NCBI GenBank assembly: GCA_030950365.1
Contig: JAUZRQ010000001.1
Span: 86,591 to 150,590 of the forward strand
DNA: 64,000 nt
DNA from: Candidatus Zhuqueibacterota bacterium
GTDB taxonomy: Bacteria; Zhuqueibacterota; Zhuqueibacteria; Zhuqueibacterales; Geothermadaptataceae
Direction: 5' to 3'
Numbering within the stretch: the stretch's first letter is position 1; each line of letters begins with the position of its first letter. Positions 37,033 to 47,266 of the stretch are shown here, piece after piece. The position numbers were made by a program, and so were the translations under genes. The notes under the pieces are model-generated. The model had not been told where the DNA came from, searched no databases, and was given only the letters and a program-made list of their open reading frames with translations.

Positions 37033-37962
37033 TCACTCTTTCGTGGTTAATCTCAAGAACACCTCTTCCAGACTCACATCCATCGGACGCAGTTCCAACA
37101 GGCCCCAGCCCTGGCTGACCACGGTGTTGGCCAGGTCCTTGCGGATATCTTTGTCCAGTTCGCTATCTATAACAAAGCGTGCCGTCCCGTTGGCATTTTC
37201 AAGTGAAACGTTTTTCACACCGGGCACCGAGGTCAGCTTCTGTTTTACTTCGTCCTGTGGCCCTTCCACTTCCACCAGAATACGCTCGGTGCTTTTAACC
37301 TTGGCCGATAGATTTTCCGGCGTGTCTTCGGCCACCACTCTGCCCTTGTCGATGATCACCACGCGCTGGCAGGTCATGCTGACCTCGGGTAGGATGTGTG
37401 TGCTCAAAATCACAGTGTGCCGGCCGGCCAGGCTCTTGATCAGCTCGCGAACCTCGATGATCTGCTTCGGATCCAGTCCCACGGTGGGCTCATCCAGAAT
37501 CAGGACTTCGGGATCATGCACTAAAGCTTGAGCCAATCCCACGCGCTGTTTGAATCCCTTGGACAGCTTGCGGATGGTGCGGTTGCGCACATCCTGCAGG
37601 CCAACGCGGTCGATGACGTCGTCGATGGCTTTTTTGCGCTCCTGCGCCGGCACACCCTTGATTTTAGCGACAAAATCCAGATAGGTATCCACGGTCAGGT
37701 CAGGATAGAGAGGCGGATGTTCAGGCAAATAGCCGATTCGCTTTCTCACCTCCATGCTTTGTTCAAACACATCGAAACCAGCTACCGTGGCTTTGCCACT
37801 TGTGGCCGGCATGTAACAGGTTAAAATGCGCATCGTGGTGGACTTCCCTGCTCCGTTTGGGCCGAGAAACCCCAGAATTTCCCCTTTATCCACGTCAAAG
37901 GTGACATCTTCGATAGCAGGGAAATTCCCATAGTACCGAGTCAGGTTTTCTACCCTAATCAC
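37033..37962 (-). CDS. ABC transporter ATP-binding protein (GldA-like)
   Basis: 309 aa with a GTG start. It has Walker A GPNGAGKST, signature LSKGFKQR and Walker B ILILDEP. Confidence 0.9.
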   Translation of the reverse strand: MIRVENLTRYYGNFPAIEDVTFDVDKGEILGFLGPNGAGKSTTMRILTCYMPATSGKATVAGFDVFEQSMEVRKRIGYLPEHPPLYPDLTVDTYLDFVAKIKGVPAQERKKAIDDVIDRVGLQDVRNRTIRKLSKGFKQRVGLAQALVHDPEVLILDEPTVGLDPKQIIEVRELIKSLAGRHTVILSTHILPEVSMTCQRVVIIDKGRVVAEDTPENLSAKVKSTERILVEVEGPQDEVKQKLTSVPGVKNVSLENANGTARFVIDSELDKDIRKDLANTVVSQGWGLLELRPMDVSLEEVFLRLTTKE

Positions 37963-38016
37963 CTTTACCTCTCCTCCTTCAATTAAACCGAAACCGTTTG
38001 TAGCAGGCGCCGAGAG

Positions 38017-38286
38017 CTAGCGGCGAATGCCCAATTCTTTGATAATCTGACGATAGCGGTTAATGTCTTTTTTCATCAGATATTTCAGCAAACGCCGACG
38101 TTTGCCCACCATTTTCAGCAGGCCAAGGCGAGAGTGAAAATCTTTTTTGTTCTCCTGGAAATGCTTGGTCAGTTCGTTAATGCGTTCGGTTAGTAGTGCA
38201 ATTTGCACTTCCGCCTTGCCCGTATCATTGGGGCTATCGCCGTACTTTTCAACGATTTCGCGCTTTTTTTCTTTCGTCAACGGCAT
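38017..38286 (-). CDS. rpsO: 30S ribosomal protein S15
   Basis: The 89-aa version starts [12 protein letters not shown]... and is preceded by AGGAGG. The longer listed ORF is an artefactual N-terminal extension. Confidence 0.95.
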   Translation of the reverse strand: MPLTKEKKREIVEKYGDSPNDTGKAEVQIALLTERINELTKHFQENKKDFHSRLGLLKMVGKRRRLLKYLMKKDINRYRQIIKELGIRR

Positions 38287-38344
38287 CAGGAAATTCCTCC
38301 TTAACAAATGACCAGAAATGTTCGTTTTCCGTGATGTTTTTTTA

Positions 38345-39292
38345 TCAAACTCCAATGGGATTTTTCGCAAAAAATGCCAGAGTTGCTTCGCGATCCTGCA
38401 ACAGCTGCTGTTTGAGCGCATCCAGACTTTCAAATTTTTTCTCCGCCCGAATCCGCACGTAAAAACTCATGTCTATCCGTTGGCCATAAATATCTGAATC
38501 GAAATCCAGAATGTGCACTTCCACCGACCGATGTTGGCCGTTGAACGTCGGCCGAAAGCCGATGTTGGCCATGCCGGCATAGGTGCCAGTGGACAACTTC
38601 ACGCTCACCACATACACGCCATCAGCCGGCAGCAACTGATGCGGATTTTCAAGCTCGATGTTTGCCGTTGGAAAGCCCAGTTGCCGGCCTCTGCCTTCCC
38701 CGCGAATCACCGTTCCACGGATGGTGTAGGCATAATCCAGGCAGCGGTTCGCTTTTTCGACTTCACCGGCGGCGATTTTCTGGCGAATGAGCGTCGAGCT
38801 GATGATCTGCCCCTGAATTTCCAATGGCGGAAGTTGCTCGACTTTGAATCCCTTCAGCCCGGCAATGGCCTTCAGGGTCTCGATGCTGCCTTTGCGATCC
38901 CGTCCAAAGGCATGATCATACCCTATGACGATACCCTTCAGCCCGATGGTGCCATACAGAATGTTTTGCACGTAATCATCCGAAGACATGCGCGAGAATT
39001 CCCGCGTGAACGGGATCACGATCGTCTTTTCGATGCCCAACTCCTCGAGCAGTGCCAGCTTTTGTTCGGTGGTTGTGAGAATATGAATGCGAGGGCGATT
39101 TTTCCCTGCTAGCACGATCTGTGGATGGGGATCAAAGGTCACTATTGTTGGTTTTCCATTCCAGATGTCAGCAAACCGCTTCAATTCTTGAATGATGAAG
39201 CGGTGACCTCGGTGAACGCCATCAAAGGTGCCAACGCTTATGACATTATCGGGATCATGCCGAATATCGCCTAAAGCCCTGATTATTTCCAT
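38345..39292 (-). CDS. ribF: Bifunctional riboflavin kinase / FMN adenylyltransferase
   Basis: I take the start at MEIIRAL (39292). It has [11 protein letters not shown], and the riboflavin kinase C-terminus [10 protein letters not shown]...VEVHILDF. Confidence 0.92.
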   Translation of the reverse strand: MEIIRALGDIRHDPDNVISVGTFDGVHRGHRFIIQELKRFADIWNGKPTIVTFDPHPQIVLAGKNRPRIHILTTTEQKLALLEELGIEKTIVIPFTREFSRMSSDDYVQNILYGTIGLKGIVIGYDHAFGRDRKGSIETLKAIAGLKGFKVEQLPPLEIQGQIISSTLIRQKIAAGEVEKANRCLDYAYTIRGTVIRGEGRGRQLGFPTANIELENPHQLLPADGVYVVSVKLSTGTYAGMANIGFRPTFNGQHRSVEVHILDFDSDIYGQRIDMSFYVRIRAEKKFESLDALKQQLLQDREATLAFFAKNPIGV

Positions 39293-39293
39293 G

Positions 39294-39998
39294 CTATCGT
39301 TGCAAACGTTTCGATTTGATTTCCTGGACCAGTGCCGGGAGTTCCCAGGCGTCCTCAAGACGGTATTCGCCGATACGCGTACGCACCAGCGACTTCAAAT
39401 GCCCCCCGCATCCCAGATCGTGTCCGATGTCGCGCGCCAGAGCGCGAATATACGTACCGCGTGAGCATACCACGCGGATATCGATTTCGTCGTGATCAAA
39501 GCGCATCAGCTCAAGCTCGTAGATGTGCACCCGGCGCGGTTCGCGCTCCACAATTTCGCCGCGCCGTGCGAGCTTGTACAGCCGCTGCCCCTGCTTTTTA
39601 ATGGCCGAATACATCGGTGGTATTTGTTCGATTTCACCGGTATATTTTTGCAAGACTTCGCGCAGCTCTTCTTCGCTGATTTCCGGAACCTCCTGTGTCG
39701 CCACGGGTTTGCCGCTCACGTCATCGGTATCCATTTCCACGCCCAGCTTGACCGTGGCCATATATTCCTTCTCCAGATTCATCAGTTCCGGTACCCTCTT
39801 CGTCGCTCGTGCGAAACAGACCAACAAAAGTCCAGTGGCGAAAGGGTCCAGGGTGCCTGCGTGTCCCACCTTTTTGACTCTGGATGCATAGCGGAGTTTG
39901 TTCACCACATCGAAGCTGGTCCAATCTGGCGGTTTGTTCACAGGCAAAATTTTCTCGCCATGCAATTCGTCGATCGTAAACGCAACCGAATTTTTCAT
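39294..39998 (-). CDS. truB: tRNA pseudouridine(55) synthase
   Basis: 234 aa. It has KVGHAGTLDPFATGLL with the catalytic Asp, and IPPMYSAIK. Confidence 0.93.
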   Translation of the reverse strand: MKNSVAFTIDELHGEKILPVNKPPDWTSFDVVNKLRYASRVKKVGHAGTLDPFATGLLLVCFARATKRVPELMNLEKEYMATVKLGVEMDTDDVSGKPVATQEVPEISEEELREVLQKYTGEIEQIPPMYSAIKKQGQRLYKLARRGEIVEREPRRVHIYELELMRFDHDEIDIRVVCSRGTYIRALARDIGHDLGCGGHLKSLVRTRIGEYRLEDAWELPALVQEIKSKRLQR

Positions 39999-40000
39999 GC

Positions 40001-40342
40001 CTATTTTTTCAAAGAGCGAAGAATATGATTGATTTTTTCCATGTAATCGAGCGTATCGTCATAAATGAACTCGATTTGGGGAACGTACTTTAAATCCGAT
40101 TGGGCACCGATTTCATGTCGGATGAAACCTCTGGCTTGTTTCAGGGCCGACATCGTAGCCTTGCGCTGTTCTTCGTCACCAGTCACCGTAACATAGATTT
40201 TTACATGGCGCAAGTTTTCTGATACTTCCACTTTTTGAATGTTGGCCCGGCTCGCCTCCACATTGCGCATTTTGGTCATCAGGGTTTCGCCCACGATCTG
40301 ATGAACAAGACGCGATACCCTGATGTTGCGTTTAATCGCCAT
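40001..40342 (-). CDS. rbfA: Ribosome-binding factor A
   Basis: It has RVSRLVHQIVGETL...VEVSENLRHVKIYV...PQIEFIYD. The start is probably MAIKRN (40342). Confidence 0.9.
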   Translation of the reverse strand: MAIKRNIRVSRLVHQIVGETLMTKMRNVEASRANIQKVEVSENLRHVKIYVTVTGDEEQRKATMSALKQARGFIRHEIGAQSDLKYVPQIEFIYDDTLDYMEKINHILRSLKK

Positions 40343-40365
40343 GATATGCTCTGTCTTCATTAAAA

Positions 40366-40647
40366 TTAGTAGATTTCGAACGTATGTCTAATTACATGCG
40401 ATCGTCCGTCGCTTTCGATTAAACTTAATACCTTGGAAAAGGCCTTATCTAGCAGCTTACGTTCGTTGGCCACCATCGATAAACCCAGAACAGCGGTTTG
40501 CCATTTATCGGCGCCATCCACTTCTGCTACGGAGACATTAAATTTCTGTCTGATGCGAGTTTTCAGGCTTTGCAGAACCAGGCGCTTCTCTTTCAAAGAG
40601 CTGCTTCCGGGCAGATACAGCTCGATCTGACAGACAGCAACAAGCAT
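40366..40647 (-). CDS. DUF503 (YlxP-like) protein
   Basis: MLVAVCQIELYLPGSSSLKEKR...VAEVD...W matches DUF503. Its position between infB and rbfA is the same as in Bacillus. Confidence 0.8.
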   Translation of the reverse strand: MLVAVCQIELYLPGSSSLKEKRLVLQSLKTRIRQKFNVSVAEVDGADKWQTAVLGLSMVANERKLLDKAFSKVLSLIESDGRSHVIRHTFEIY

Positions 40648-40682
40648 TCTGTCCCTCGTGTGGCTGAAATAGCGCTCACTTT

Positions 40683-43385
40683 TTAATCCAGCGACCGCTT
40701 GATTTCGGTCACCTGGAAGCATTCCACCACGTCGCCGACGTGAATATCGTCAAAACCTTCAATCGAAAGACCGCATTCGAAACCGGCCTGCACTTCGCGC
40801 ACATCGTCTTTGAAACGTTTGAGCGAGCCAAGTTTTCCCTCGTAAATCAGTTTATCTTCACGATACAGCCGTACGTTGTCGGCACGACGAAGTTTCCCAG
40901 AAAGCACGTAACATCCAGCCACCTTACCGACCTTCGGTACTTTGAACACCTGACGGATTTCAGCGGTTCCCGTGATCTCTTCCTGGAGTTCGGGCCTGAG
41001 CAAGCCCTCGAGAGCTGCCTTTATATCTTCAATAGCGTCATAGATCACGCGATACACACGGATATCCACATCTTCTTTTTCTGCCAGCTCTCGCGCCTGC
41101 AGAGTGACTCGCACATTGAAGCCAAGAATAATGGCATCCGAAGCGGCTGCCAGATTCACGTCGGTTTCGGTAATACCCCCCACGCCTTTGTGGATCACAT
41201 CCACGGCCACCTCATCGGTGGAGAGCTTCAGCAGGGCATCGGAAATCGCCTCGACCGATCCATCCACATCGCCTTTAACGATGACCCGCAGCTCGCGGAT
41301 TTCACCTTCCTGAATCTGTTTGGAAATCTGATCCAGTGTGCGCATTTTGACCTTGCGCATCTCCTGTTCGCGGTAGATCTGCTGTCGTTTGATGCTGATT
41401 TCGCGCGCTTCTTTTTCCGATTTCATCACGATAAAGCGATCGCCTGCTTGGGGAACCGCCGAAAAGCCGATCACCCGCACCGGCGTCGATGGTGGCGCCT
41501 CTTTCACCGGCTTACCGCGCTCGTCAAGCATGGCGCGCACTTTGCCGAAAGTCAGGCCGGCCACAAATGGATCGCCAACGCGCATCGTGCCAGTTTGTAC
41601 CAGCACCGTGCCCACCGGACCCTTGCCGCGATCCAATTCAGCTTCAATGACCGTCCCCCGCGCCAATTTGTTCGGGTTGGCTTTCAGCTCCAGCACTTCT
41701 GCTTCCAACAGGATGGCATCAAGTAATTTATCTACATTGACGCCTTTTTTTGCTGAGATTTCCACACACTGATATTTGCCACCCCAGTCCTCAACCAAAA
41801 TGCCGTGTTGCGATAGTTGCTGTTTGACCATGTCCGGATTGGCCTCCGGCCGGTCGATTTTGTTGATGGCCACGATGATCGGCACGCCGGCAGCCTTGGC
41901 GTGGTTGATGGCCTCCACGGTTTGCTGTTGCACGCCATCGTCGGCGGCAACAATCAGCACCACGATGTCGGTTACCTGCGCGCCGCGGGCACGCATGGCT
42001 GTAAACGCCTCGTGGCCTGGGGTGTCAAGGAAGGTGATTTGTTTGCCATCCACCGACACTTCATAGGCACCGATGTGTTGAGTGATGCCTCCAGCTTCAC
42101 CGGCGATGATGTTACTACGACGGATGTAATCGAGCAGTGAGGTCTTGCCGTGATCGACATGGCCCATGATGGTCACCACCGGCGGACGCGGCTTCAGGTC
42201 TTCTTCACGATCCTCCTCGTCTTCTTCCAGCAGATCGGCCGCAAATTCCTCTTCTTGCTCCACCTCGAAGCCAAACTCGTCGGCCACCATGATGATGGTG
42301 TCCATATCCAGCCGCTGGTTGATGGTCACCATCAGGCCGAGCTCTAGGCATTTCTTGAGCACCTCGGTGGGTTCCGCGTCCATCAGCTCGGCGAGGTCGG
42401 CCACGGAAATGAATTCCGTCACTTTGATCACATTGCTTTCTTCAACCTCGACCTCACCTTCTTCGGTTTTCACTTTCTTGCGTCGGCGACGCGGTTTGCC
42501 CGCGCCTTCAATGCTTCGCAGCGTCGCCTTAATCGAAGCTTCGATTTCCTCTTCACTGATCTTCTTCTTTTTCTTCTTGCGACGTTTTTTCTTCTTTTTC
42601 TCTTTTTCTTTTTCTGCCTCAAGCGGCTGTTTTTCTTCTACGATTTCTAGGCCTTTTTCTTTCTTTTTCTTGCGCTTTTCGGCTTCCTCGGCCTTTTTGC
42701 GCCTGGGCTTGGCTTTGGCCTTTTCATCTTTCTTGCCTTCGGCCGCTTCCTCAGCCGGACGCGCTGTCGCCGCCGGTGGTGGCGGCGCTTCGGTCACGCC
42801 TTCAGTCGGCGTGGGCACACCCTTTGCTTCGATGCTCTCAACCGGATGCTTGTCATTGCTGGAAATGGCTTCGTGCACTTCGGCCGGTGCCGCCGGCTCT
42901 TGCACGGCTTCGCGCATGCGGGCTTCGGCGGCAACGGCTTCGGCCCGGGCCACAACTTCGGTGGCTTTTTCGGGATGTTCCTTGGCCGCTTTGCGCTGAC
43001 GACGCAGCTCGGCCTGCGCTTCCATTTTGGCCTGTTCTTCGGCGATTTTCAGCACTTCCTCTTTGGAAGGTTCGCGCTTTTTCGGCGCCTGCTTCACAGG
43101 CTCTTTGGAAACGCGAAGGCGCTCCTCGATGCTCAGCATCTTTTGTTCGAGCTGTTTTTGCTCTTCGAGCTTGCGCTCTTTCCATTTCTTGAGAAAAGCA
43201 TGCTCGCTATCCGCGCCTTTGACTTCGCGATCGAACTTTTCCTGGATTGCCGCATAAACTTCATCGTCGATCGGGCTGTTGGGCGTGACATTCAAATTCA
43301 TTTTCCGAAGAAACGCCACCAATTGCCCGACCGAGATGTTGTATTCTTTGGCAACCTGATGAACAATTTTTTTCTTAACAGCCAA
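40683..43385 (-). CDS. infB: Translation initiation factor IF-2
   Basis: 900 aa. It has the GTPase domain [25 protein letters not shown] and NKID. The N-terminal region is K/E/A-rich and low-complexity. Confidence 0.97.
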   Translation of the reverse strand: MAVKKKIVHQVAKEYNISVGQLVAFLRKMNLNVTPNSPIDDEVYAAIQEKFDREVKGADSEHAFLKKWKERKLEEQKQLEQKMLSIEERLRVSKEPVKQAPKKREPSKEEVLKIAEEQAKMEAQAELRRQRKAAKEHPEKATEVVARAEAVAAEARMREAVQEPAAPAEVHEAISSNDKHPVESIEAKGVPTPTEGVTEAPPPPAATARPAEEAAEGKKDEKAKAKPRRKKAEEAEKRKKKKEKGLEIVEEKQPLEAEKEKEKKKKKRRKKKKKKISEEEIEASIKATLRSIEGAGKPRRRRKKVKTEEGEVEVEESNVIKVTEFISVADLAELMDAEPTEVLKKCLELGLMVTINQRLDMDTIIMVADEFGFEVEQEEEFAADLLEEDEEDREEDLKPRPPVVTIMGHVDHGKTSLLDYIRRSNIIAGEAGGITQHIGAYEVSVDGKQITFLDTPGHEAFTAMRARGAQVTDIVVLIVAADDGVQQQTVEAINHAKAAGVPIIVAINKIDRPEANPDMVKQQLSQHGILVEDWGGKYQCVEISAKKGVNVDKLLDAILLEAEVLELKANPNKLARGTVIEAELDRGKGPVGTVLVQTGTMRVGDPFVAGLTFGKVRAMLDERGKPVKEAPPSTPVRVIGFSAVPQAGDRFIVMKSEKEAREISIKRQQIYREQEMRKVKMRTLDQISKQIQEGEIRELRVIVKGDVDGSVEAISDALLKLSTDEVAVDVIHKGVGGITETDVNLAAASDAIILGFNVRVTLQARELAEKEDVDIRVYRVIYDAIEDIKAALEGLLRPELQEEITGTAEIRQVFKVPKVGKVAGCYVLSGKLRRADNVRLYREDKLIYEGKLGSLKRFKDDVREVQAGFECGLSIEGFDDIHVGDVVECFQVTEIKRSLD

Positions 43386-43409
43386 GTGTACCCACCCTCT
43401 TTAGAATGA

Positions 43410-44639
43410 CTAAGATACTAAATCCCAGATTTTTTCTGCCGTTTTGGGCCCGATACCAGGAATCTCAAGAAGCCCATCTTTGCCGCGTTCACGGATATCC
43501 CGCACGGTAAAGATGCCATGTTCTTCGAGCTTTTTGATGATATTGGGCTTCAGGCCGTCCAATTGCTCGAGCGTCATTTCTTTTTCTTTGGCGCTCTGCA
43601 CCATGTCGCGGTACTCGGATTCGCGCAGAATTTCCACATTGTAGCCGGTCAACCGGCTCGTCAGCTTGCGATTCACTCCGCCCTTACCAATGGCAATGGA
43701 AATTTGAGAATCAGGCACCACAGCAACGGCACTTTTTTTATCTTCATCCACCAGAACCCGGACCGGCTTGGCCGGACTCAGTGCCCGGGTGATGAACACC
43801 GCAGGTTCATTGCTGTACGGAATGATGTCAATTTTTTCGTTATTCAACTCTTTGCTCACGCCCTGAATGCGCATACCCTTCATGCCCACGCACGCACCCA
43901 CGGCATCGATGCGCTTATCATTGGACAGCACAGCGATTTTTGCCCGCTCTCCAGGCTCACGCACAATGCCCTTGATTTCAATGATGCCGTCGTATATTTC
44001 CGGCACCTCATTTTCGAACAGCTTGTACAGCATTTGCGGATCGGCGCGCGAGACAATAATTTCCGGCCCCTTGGGCGTGCGGCGGACTTCCTTTACAATC
44101 GCCCGAATCGTTTCGCCGCGGCGGTAACGCTCGGTTGGTATCTGTTCGCTGCGCGGCAGTTTTACTTCAATCTTATCGATGTTGATGAAGACATCACCAT
44201 GGTTGATTTGTCGAATATCGCCAATGACAATTTCGCCGACTTTTTTGCTGTATTCTTCGTAAATATGCTCTTTTTCAACATCGCGGATGCGTTGATTCAA
44301 ATTCTGTTTGGCTGAAATGATCAGACGGCGGCCAAAACTCGCCGGATCGATGATCTCCAAATAGGGGTCGCCAATCTCCAGCGATGGTTCGACTTTGCGG
44401 GCGGATTCCAGATCGATTTCTTTCACAGGATCCGTGACCGTTTCCACTACGGTTTTGTTCTGGTAAATTTCAATCTCGCCCTTGTCCAGATTGACAAAAA
44501 TATCAAAATTGTCCGCATGCCCATATTTCTTTTTGATCATCGAAAGCATGATACTTTCAATGATCTCTTCCAAAATTTCCTTTTCGATGTTTTTTTCTTT
44601 GACAATTTGGGCGAAAGCTTCGGCAATTTCGGTCTTCAT
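43410..44639 (-). CDS. nusA: Transcription termination/antitermination factor NusA
   Basis: 409 aa with an N-terminal domain, S1, two KH domains and a C-terminal HhH-like repeat. Confidence 0.95.
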   Translation of the reverse strand: MKTEIAEAFAQIVKEKNIEKEILEEIIESIMLSMIKKKYGHADNFDIFVNLDKGEIEIYQNKTVVETVTDPVKEIDLESARKVEPSLEIGDPYLEIIDPASFGRRLIISAKQNLNQRIRDVEKEHIYEEYSKKVGEIVIGDIRQINHGDVFINIDKIEVKLPRSEQIPTERYRRGETIRAIVKEVRRTPKGPEIIVSRADPQMLYKLFENEVPEIYDGIIEIKGIVREPGERAKIAVLSNDKRIDAVGACVGMKGMRIQGVSKELNNEKIDIIPYSNEPAVFITRALSPAKPVRVLVDEDKKSAVAVVPDSQISIAIGKGGVNRKLTSRLTGYNVEILRESEYRDMVQSAKEKEMTLEQLDGLKPNIIKKLEEHGIFTVRDIRERGKDGLLEIPGIGPKTAEKIWDLVS

Positions 44640-44694
44640 TGCTTCCTAAAGCCTCCTAAGGATGATAACCATCCCTCGATTTTCAAACTTTTTA

Positions 44695-45150
44695 TTACCA
44701 TTTTATTTGAATTAATGCCTTATGAATGGCGCTGATCGGAAATTCGACAATATCGCCGTCTTCCTGCTGGATTTTCACATGATCTTTTTCGGCTGACAGG
44801 ATATCGCCGCGAACCTTTTGCAGTTTGTCTTCTTTCAGAATTTGAATTTCCACCAGCCGGCCGATATTCCTTTGAAAATCGCGCTCAGTTTTCAATGGAC
44901 GATCGATACCCGGTGATGAAACTTCGAGTCGGTACGGACCGGGAATCAGGTTTTCCATTTCGATGGCGTCTTCAAATTCGCGGCTCAACCGCACACATTC
45001 GTTAATGCTGATGCCTCCCGGTACATCAACAAAAACGCGCAACAGCAGGTTTCTCTTGCTGCCCCGAACCTCGAGGTCCACCAGATCGACCGCATTTTCT
45101 TCCAGAATCGGCTCAATGATCTGCCGCAGCTTGGTGAGTAACGCATCCAT
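44695..45150 (-). CDS. rimP: Ribosome maturation factor RimP
   Basis: I take the start at MDALLTKLRQIIEPIL (45150). It has the LVDLEVRG...LRVFVD pattern. The listed GTG at 45198 lies inside the leader hairpin. Confidence 0.88.
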   Translation of the reverse strand: MDALLTKLRQIIEPILEENAVDLVDLEVRGSKRNLLLRVFVDVPGGISINECVRLSREFEDAIEMENLIPGPYRLEVSSPGIDRPLKTERDFQRNIGRLVEIQILKEDKLQKVRGDILSAEKDHVKIQQEDGDIVEFPISAIHKALIQIKW

Positions 45151-45170
45151 AGTTTTCCGTTGATGGTGAC

Positions 45171-45200
45171 AATAAAAAAGTGGGCTTTTTAGGCCCACTT
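45171..45200 (-). terminator. Intrinsic terminator/attenuator inside the rimP-nusA-infB leader
   Basis: On the minus strand an 8-bp stem AAGTGGGC/GCCCACTT (45178-45185/45193-45200) with a 7-nt loop is followed by TTTTATT, which with the stem's terminal TT reads as a TTTTTTATT U-tract. The tract ends about 20 nt before the rimP ATG. Confidence 0.65.
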
Positions 45201-45208
45201 CAGCATAA

Positions 45209-45237
45209 AATATATATATTTAATTTTTGAATTGCAA
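45209..45237 (-). promoter_or_regulatory. Sigma-70-type promoter of the rimP-nusA-infB operon
   Basis: The minus strand reads TTGCAA-17 nt-TATATT. The predicted TSS is only a few nt upstream of the leader hairpin. Confidence 0.5.
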
Positions 45238-45327
45238 GCTTTTTATTCCGCAATTAATCACATAAATAATCAAGATATTAGCGCAATTTGTGCTTCAAAT
45301 TCGCGACCGCAGCCTGCAATTTCTGCC

Positions 45328-45999
45328 TCAGCGCAGCTCCGCCAGGTATATTTTTGCATCGTTGACGACCTGGCTTTTTTCGTAATTTTTCACCAGTTCT
45401 TCAAACACGCGGCGGGCATCGGCCGTATTGCCAGCCATTTTATAGCAGCGTCCGGCCGCCAATAGCAATTCCGGTGCTTTGAACGAATTCTTGTATTTTC
45501 GCGCGGCCTCCTTATACAACTCCGCTGCGCGGGCGTAGTCACCGCGCTGGTCATAGGTGGCGGCCATGCCTTCCGCTGCCGCCAGCGACAAAATCGGATC
45601 GTCGTCGTAATCTTCCAGATATTTTCGAAAATAGGTTTCCGCTTGTTCGTATTCCTTTTTAGCGAAATAGGCTCTGGCCAGAAAGATCGTACCCACACCG
45701 GCCGAGCGGGTCGAGCTGAAGTTTTCGGTCAGCGCGGTCAGGATGTCGATGGCCACGTCGTAGTTCTCGTTGGAGTAAGCGGCCTTGGCGCGTGCCAGCT
45801 CCACCGCGGCCTTTTGCTCGGCCGCCTTTTTACTATTGACGATATAAAATCCCAGCACAAAAATCGCCACCAGGCCAATGAGACCGTAATGCACCTCTTT
45901 TTTATATTGATTGTAGAAATCAAGTGTCTTGAAATAATAAGTGACAAACTTGTCCTGTTTGATTTCCTTCTTTTTAATTTTGCGTTTGGCTTTTAACAT
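45328..45999 (-). CDS. Membrane-anchored TPR protein (YfgM-like architecture)
   Basis: 223 aa. It has a basic N-terminus, one TM helix (GLIGLVAIFVLGFYIV) and then TPR-like repeats. Confidence 0.65.
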   Translation of the reverse strand: MLKAKRKIKKKEIKQDKFVTYYFKTLDFYNQYKKEVHYGLIGLVAIFVLGFYIVNSKKAAEQKAAVELARAKAAYSNENYDVAIDILTALTENFSSTRSAGVGTIFLARAYFAKKEYEQAETYFRKYLEDYDDDPILSLAAAEGMAATYDQRGDYARAAELYKEAARKYKNSFKAPELLLAAGRCYKMAGNTADARRVFEELVKNYEKSQVVNDAKIYLAELR

Positions 46000-46159
46000 C
46001 GCTTTTTCCTTGTGATTGTTTCCATCTTCGGAGACATTTTTAGAGTCAATAATTATAACTTTTTAGCGCATCCAAATCAAGGATTTTTTCAATTGTTTTG
46101 TTTCGTGGTTCATTTTGAGGTTAAGGAGCAGCTTTTTACAGCAATCTGTCGGCGCACAT

Positions 46160-47245
46160 TTATCGATGAATTCGAAAGCTGCCGCCTTTGAACAGATGCA
46201 TGACCTCGTCCACGGTGACCATGCTCGTGTCGCCGCGGGTGCTCTGCACAAGCGCGCCATGGGCGGCGCCAAAATTAACGGCGGCCTGATGATCAAATCC
46301 AGTGAGCAGCGCATAAATCAGCCCGCTACAAAAGCCATCACCGCCGCCAACCCGATCCACGATCTCGAGATCGCGATACTGGCGTGATTCATAGAATTGG
46401 CCGTCGATATACAGAATGGCAGACCAGTGGTTGCGGCCTGGTGATATCACCTCTCGCAAAGTGGTGGCCACCGCCTGCAAATTGGGAAACGTCTGCATCA
46501 CTTTTTTGACCATGGCCCTGTACGATGCCACCGAAAGCCCGGTGAAATCCTCGGTTGTTCCTTCGATCTCGAAACCCAGCACTTTTTGAAAATCTTCCTC
46601 GTTGCCAATCAGCACATCCACCAATGGCATCAGTGGCCGGGTAGCGGCGATGGCTGCTTCTGAAGTCCACAATTTAGAGCGATAGTTGAGGTCATATGAA
46701 ACGGCAGCGCCGCTATTTTTTGCCGCCTGCATGGCTTCTTTAACCACGGCTGCGCATTCGGTGGATAGCGCGGTAAAAATCCCGCCGGTATGAAACCAGC
46801 GCACGCCGCGCTGCTGAAAAATGCGCGTCCAATTAACTTCGTCGGGCCTCATGGCTGAAGCGGCCGAATGCCCGCGATCATACAGACTCCTGGCCGGTCG
46901 CGCACCTGCGCCAACCTCCACAAAATTCAGCGCGAGCCGGTTCTGCCGGCCAAGGCCATCATATTCCACCATGATGACTTCGGACAGGTCCATCCCGGAG
47001 GCTCGCGCATGATTCAAGATGATGCTTGCCAGCGGGTGTTTCGGCAGGCGCGACACCCATCCCGCTCGCAGTCCGAACCGGGCCAGTGCATACGCCACGT
47101 TGTATTCTGCCCCGCCGATGTAAACCTGCAATTGCTGCGCAAATTCCAGCCGTTCGAAACCGGGTGGCGACAGCCGCAGCATGCATTCGCCGAGCGATAA
47201 AAAATCCAATTCGCACTGGTCTTCTGGTTTGAATTGCAGCGCCAT
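46160..47245 (-). CDS. PfkB-family sugar kinase (2-dehydro-3-deoxygluconokinase-like)
   Basis: 361 aa. It has GGAEYNVAYALARFG and the C-terminal DRVGGGDGFCSGLIY (PfkB signature 2). Confidence 0.8.
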   Translation of the reverse strand: MALQFKPEDQCELDFLSLGECMLRLSPPGFERLEFAQQLQVYIGGAEYNVAYALARFGLRAGWVSRLPKHPLASIILNHARASGMDLSEVIMVEYDGLGRQNRLALNFVEVGAGARPARSLYDRGHSAASAMRPDEVNWTRIFQQRGVRWFHTGGIFTALSTECAAVVKEAMQAAKNSGAAVSYDLNYRSKLWTSEAAIAATRPLMPLVDVLIGNEEDFQKVLGFEIEGTTEDFTGLSVASYRAMVKKVMQTFPNLQAVATTLREVISPGRNHWSAILYIDGQFYESRQYRDLEIVDRVGGGDGFCSGLIYALLTGFDHQAAVNFGAAHGALVQSTRGDTSMVTVDEVMHLFKGGSFRIHR

Positions 47246-47266
47246 GGTTTCTTCTCCGGCTTTCGT

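Noticed and set aside
42480-42720. Repetitive ctt/ttt-rich DNA that looks like a tandem repeat
   Set aside because: It is the coding strand complement of the lysine/glutamate-rich linker of IF-2 ([12 protein letters not shown]...). It is in frame and not an independent repeat element or CRISPR.
40740-42999. Long plus-strand ORFs (328 aa and 277 aa) antisense to infB
   Set aside because: They mirror the IF-2 coding frame, including its K/E-rich region, which translates as S/F/L-rich nonsense on the opposite strand. infB itself is unambiguous.
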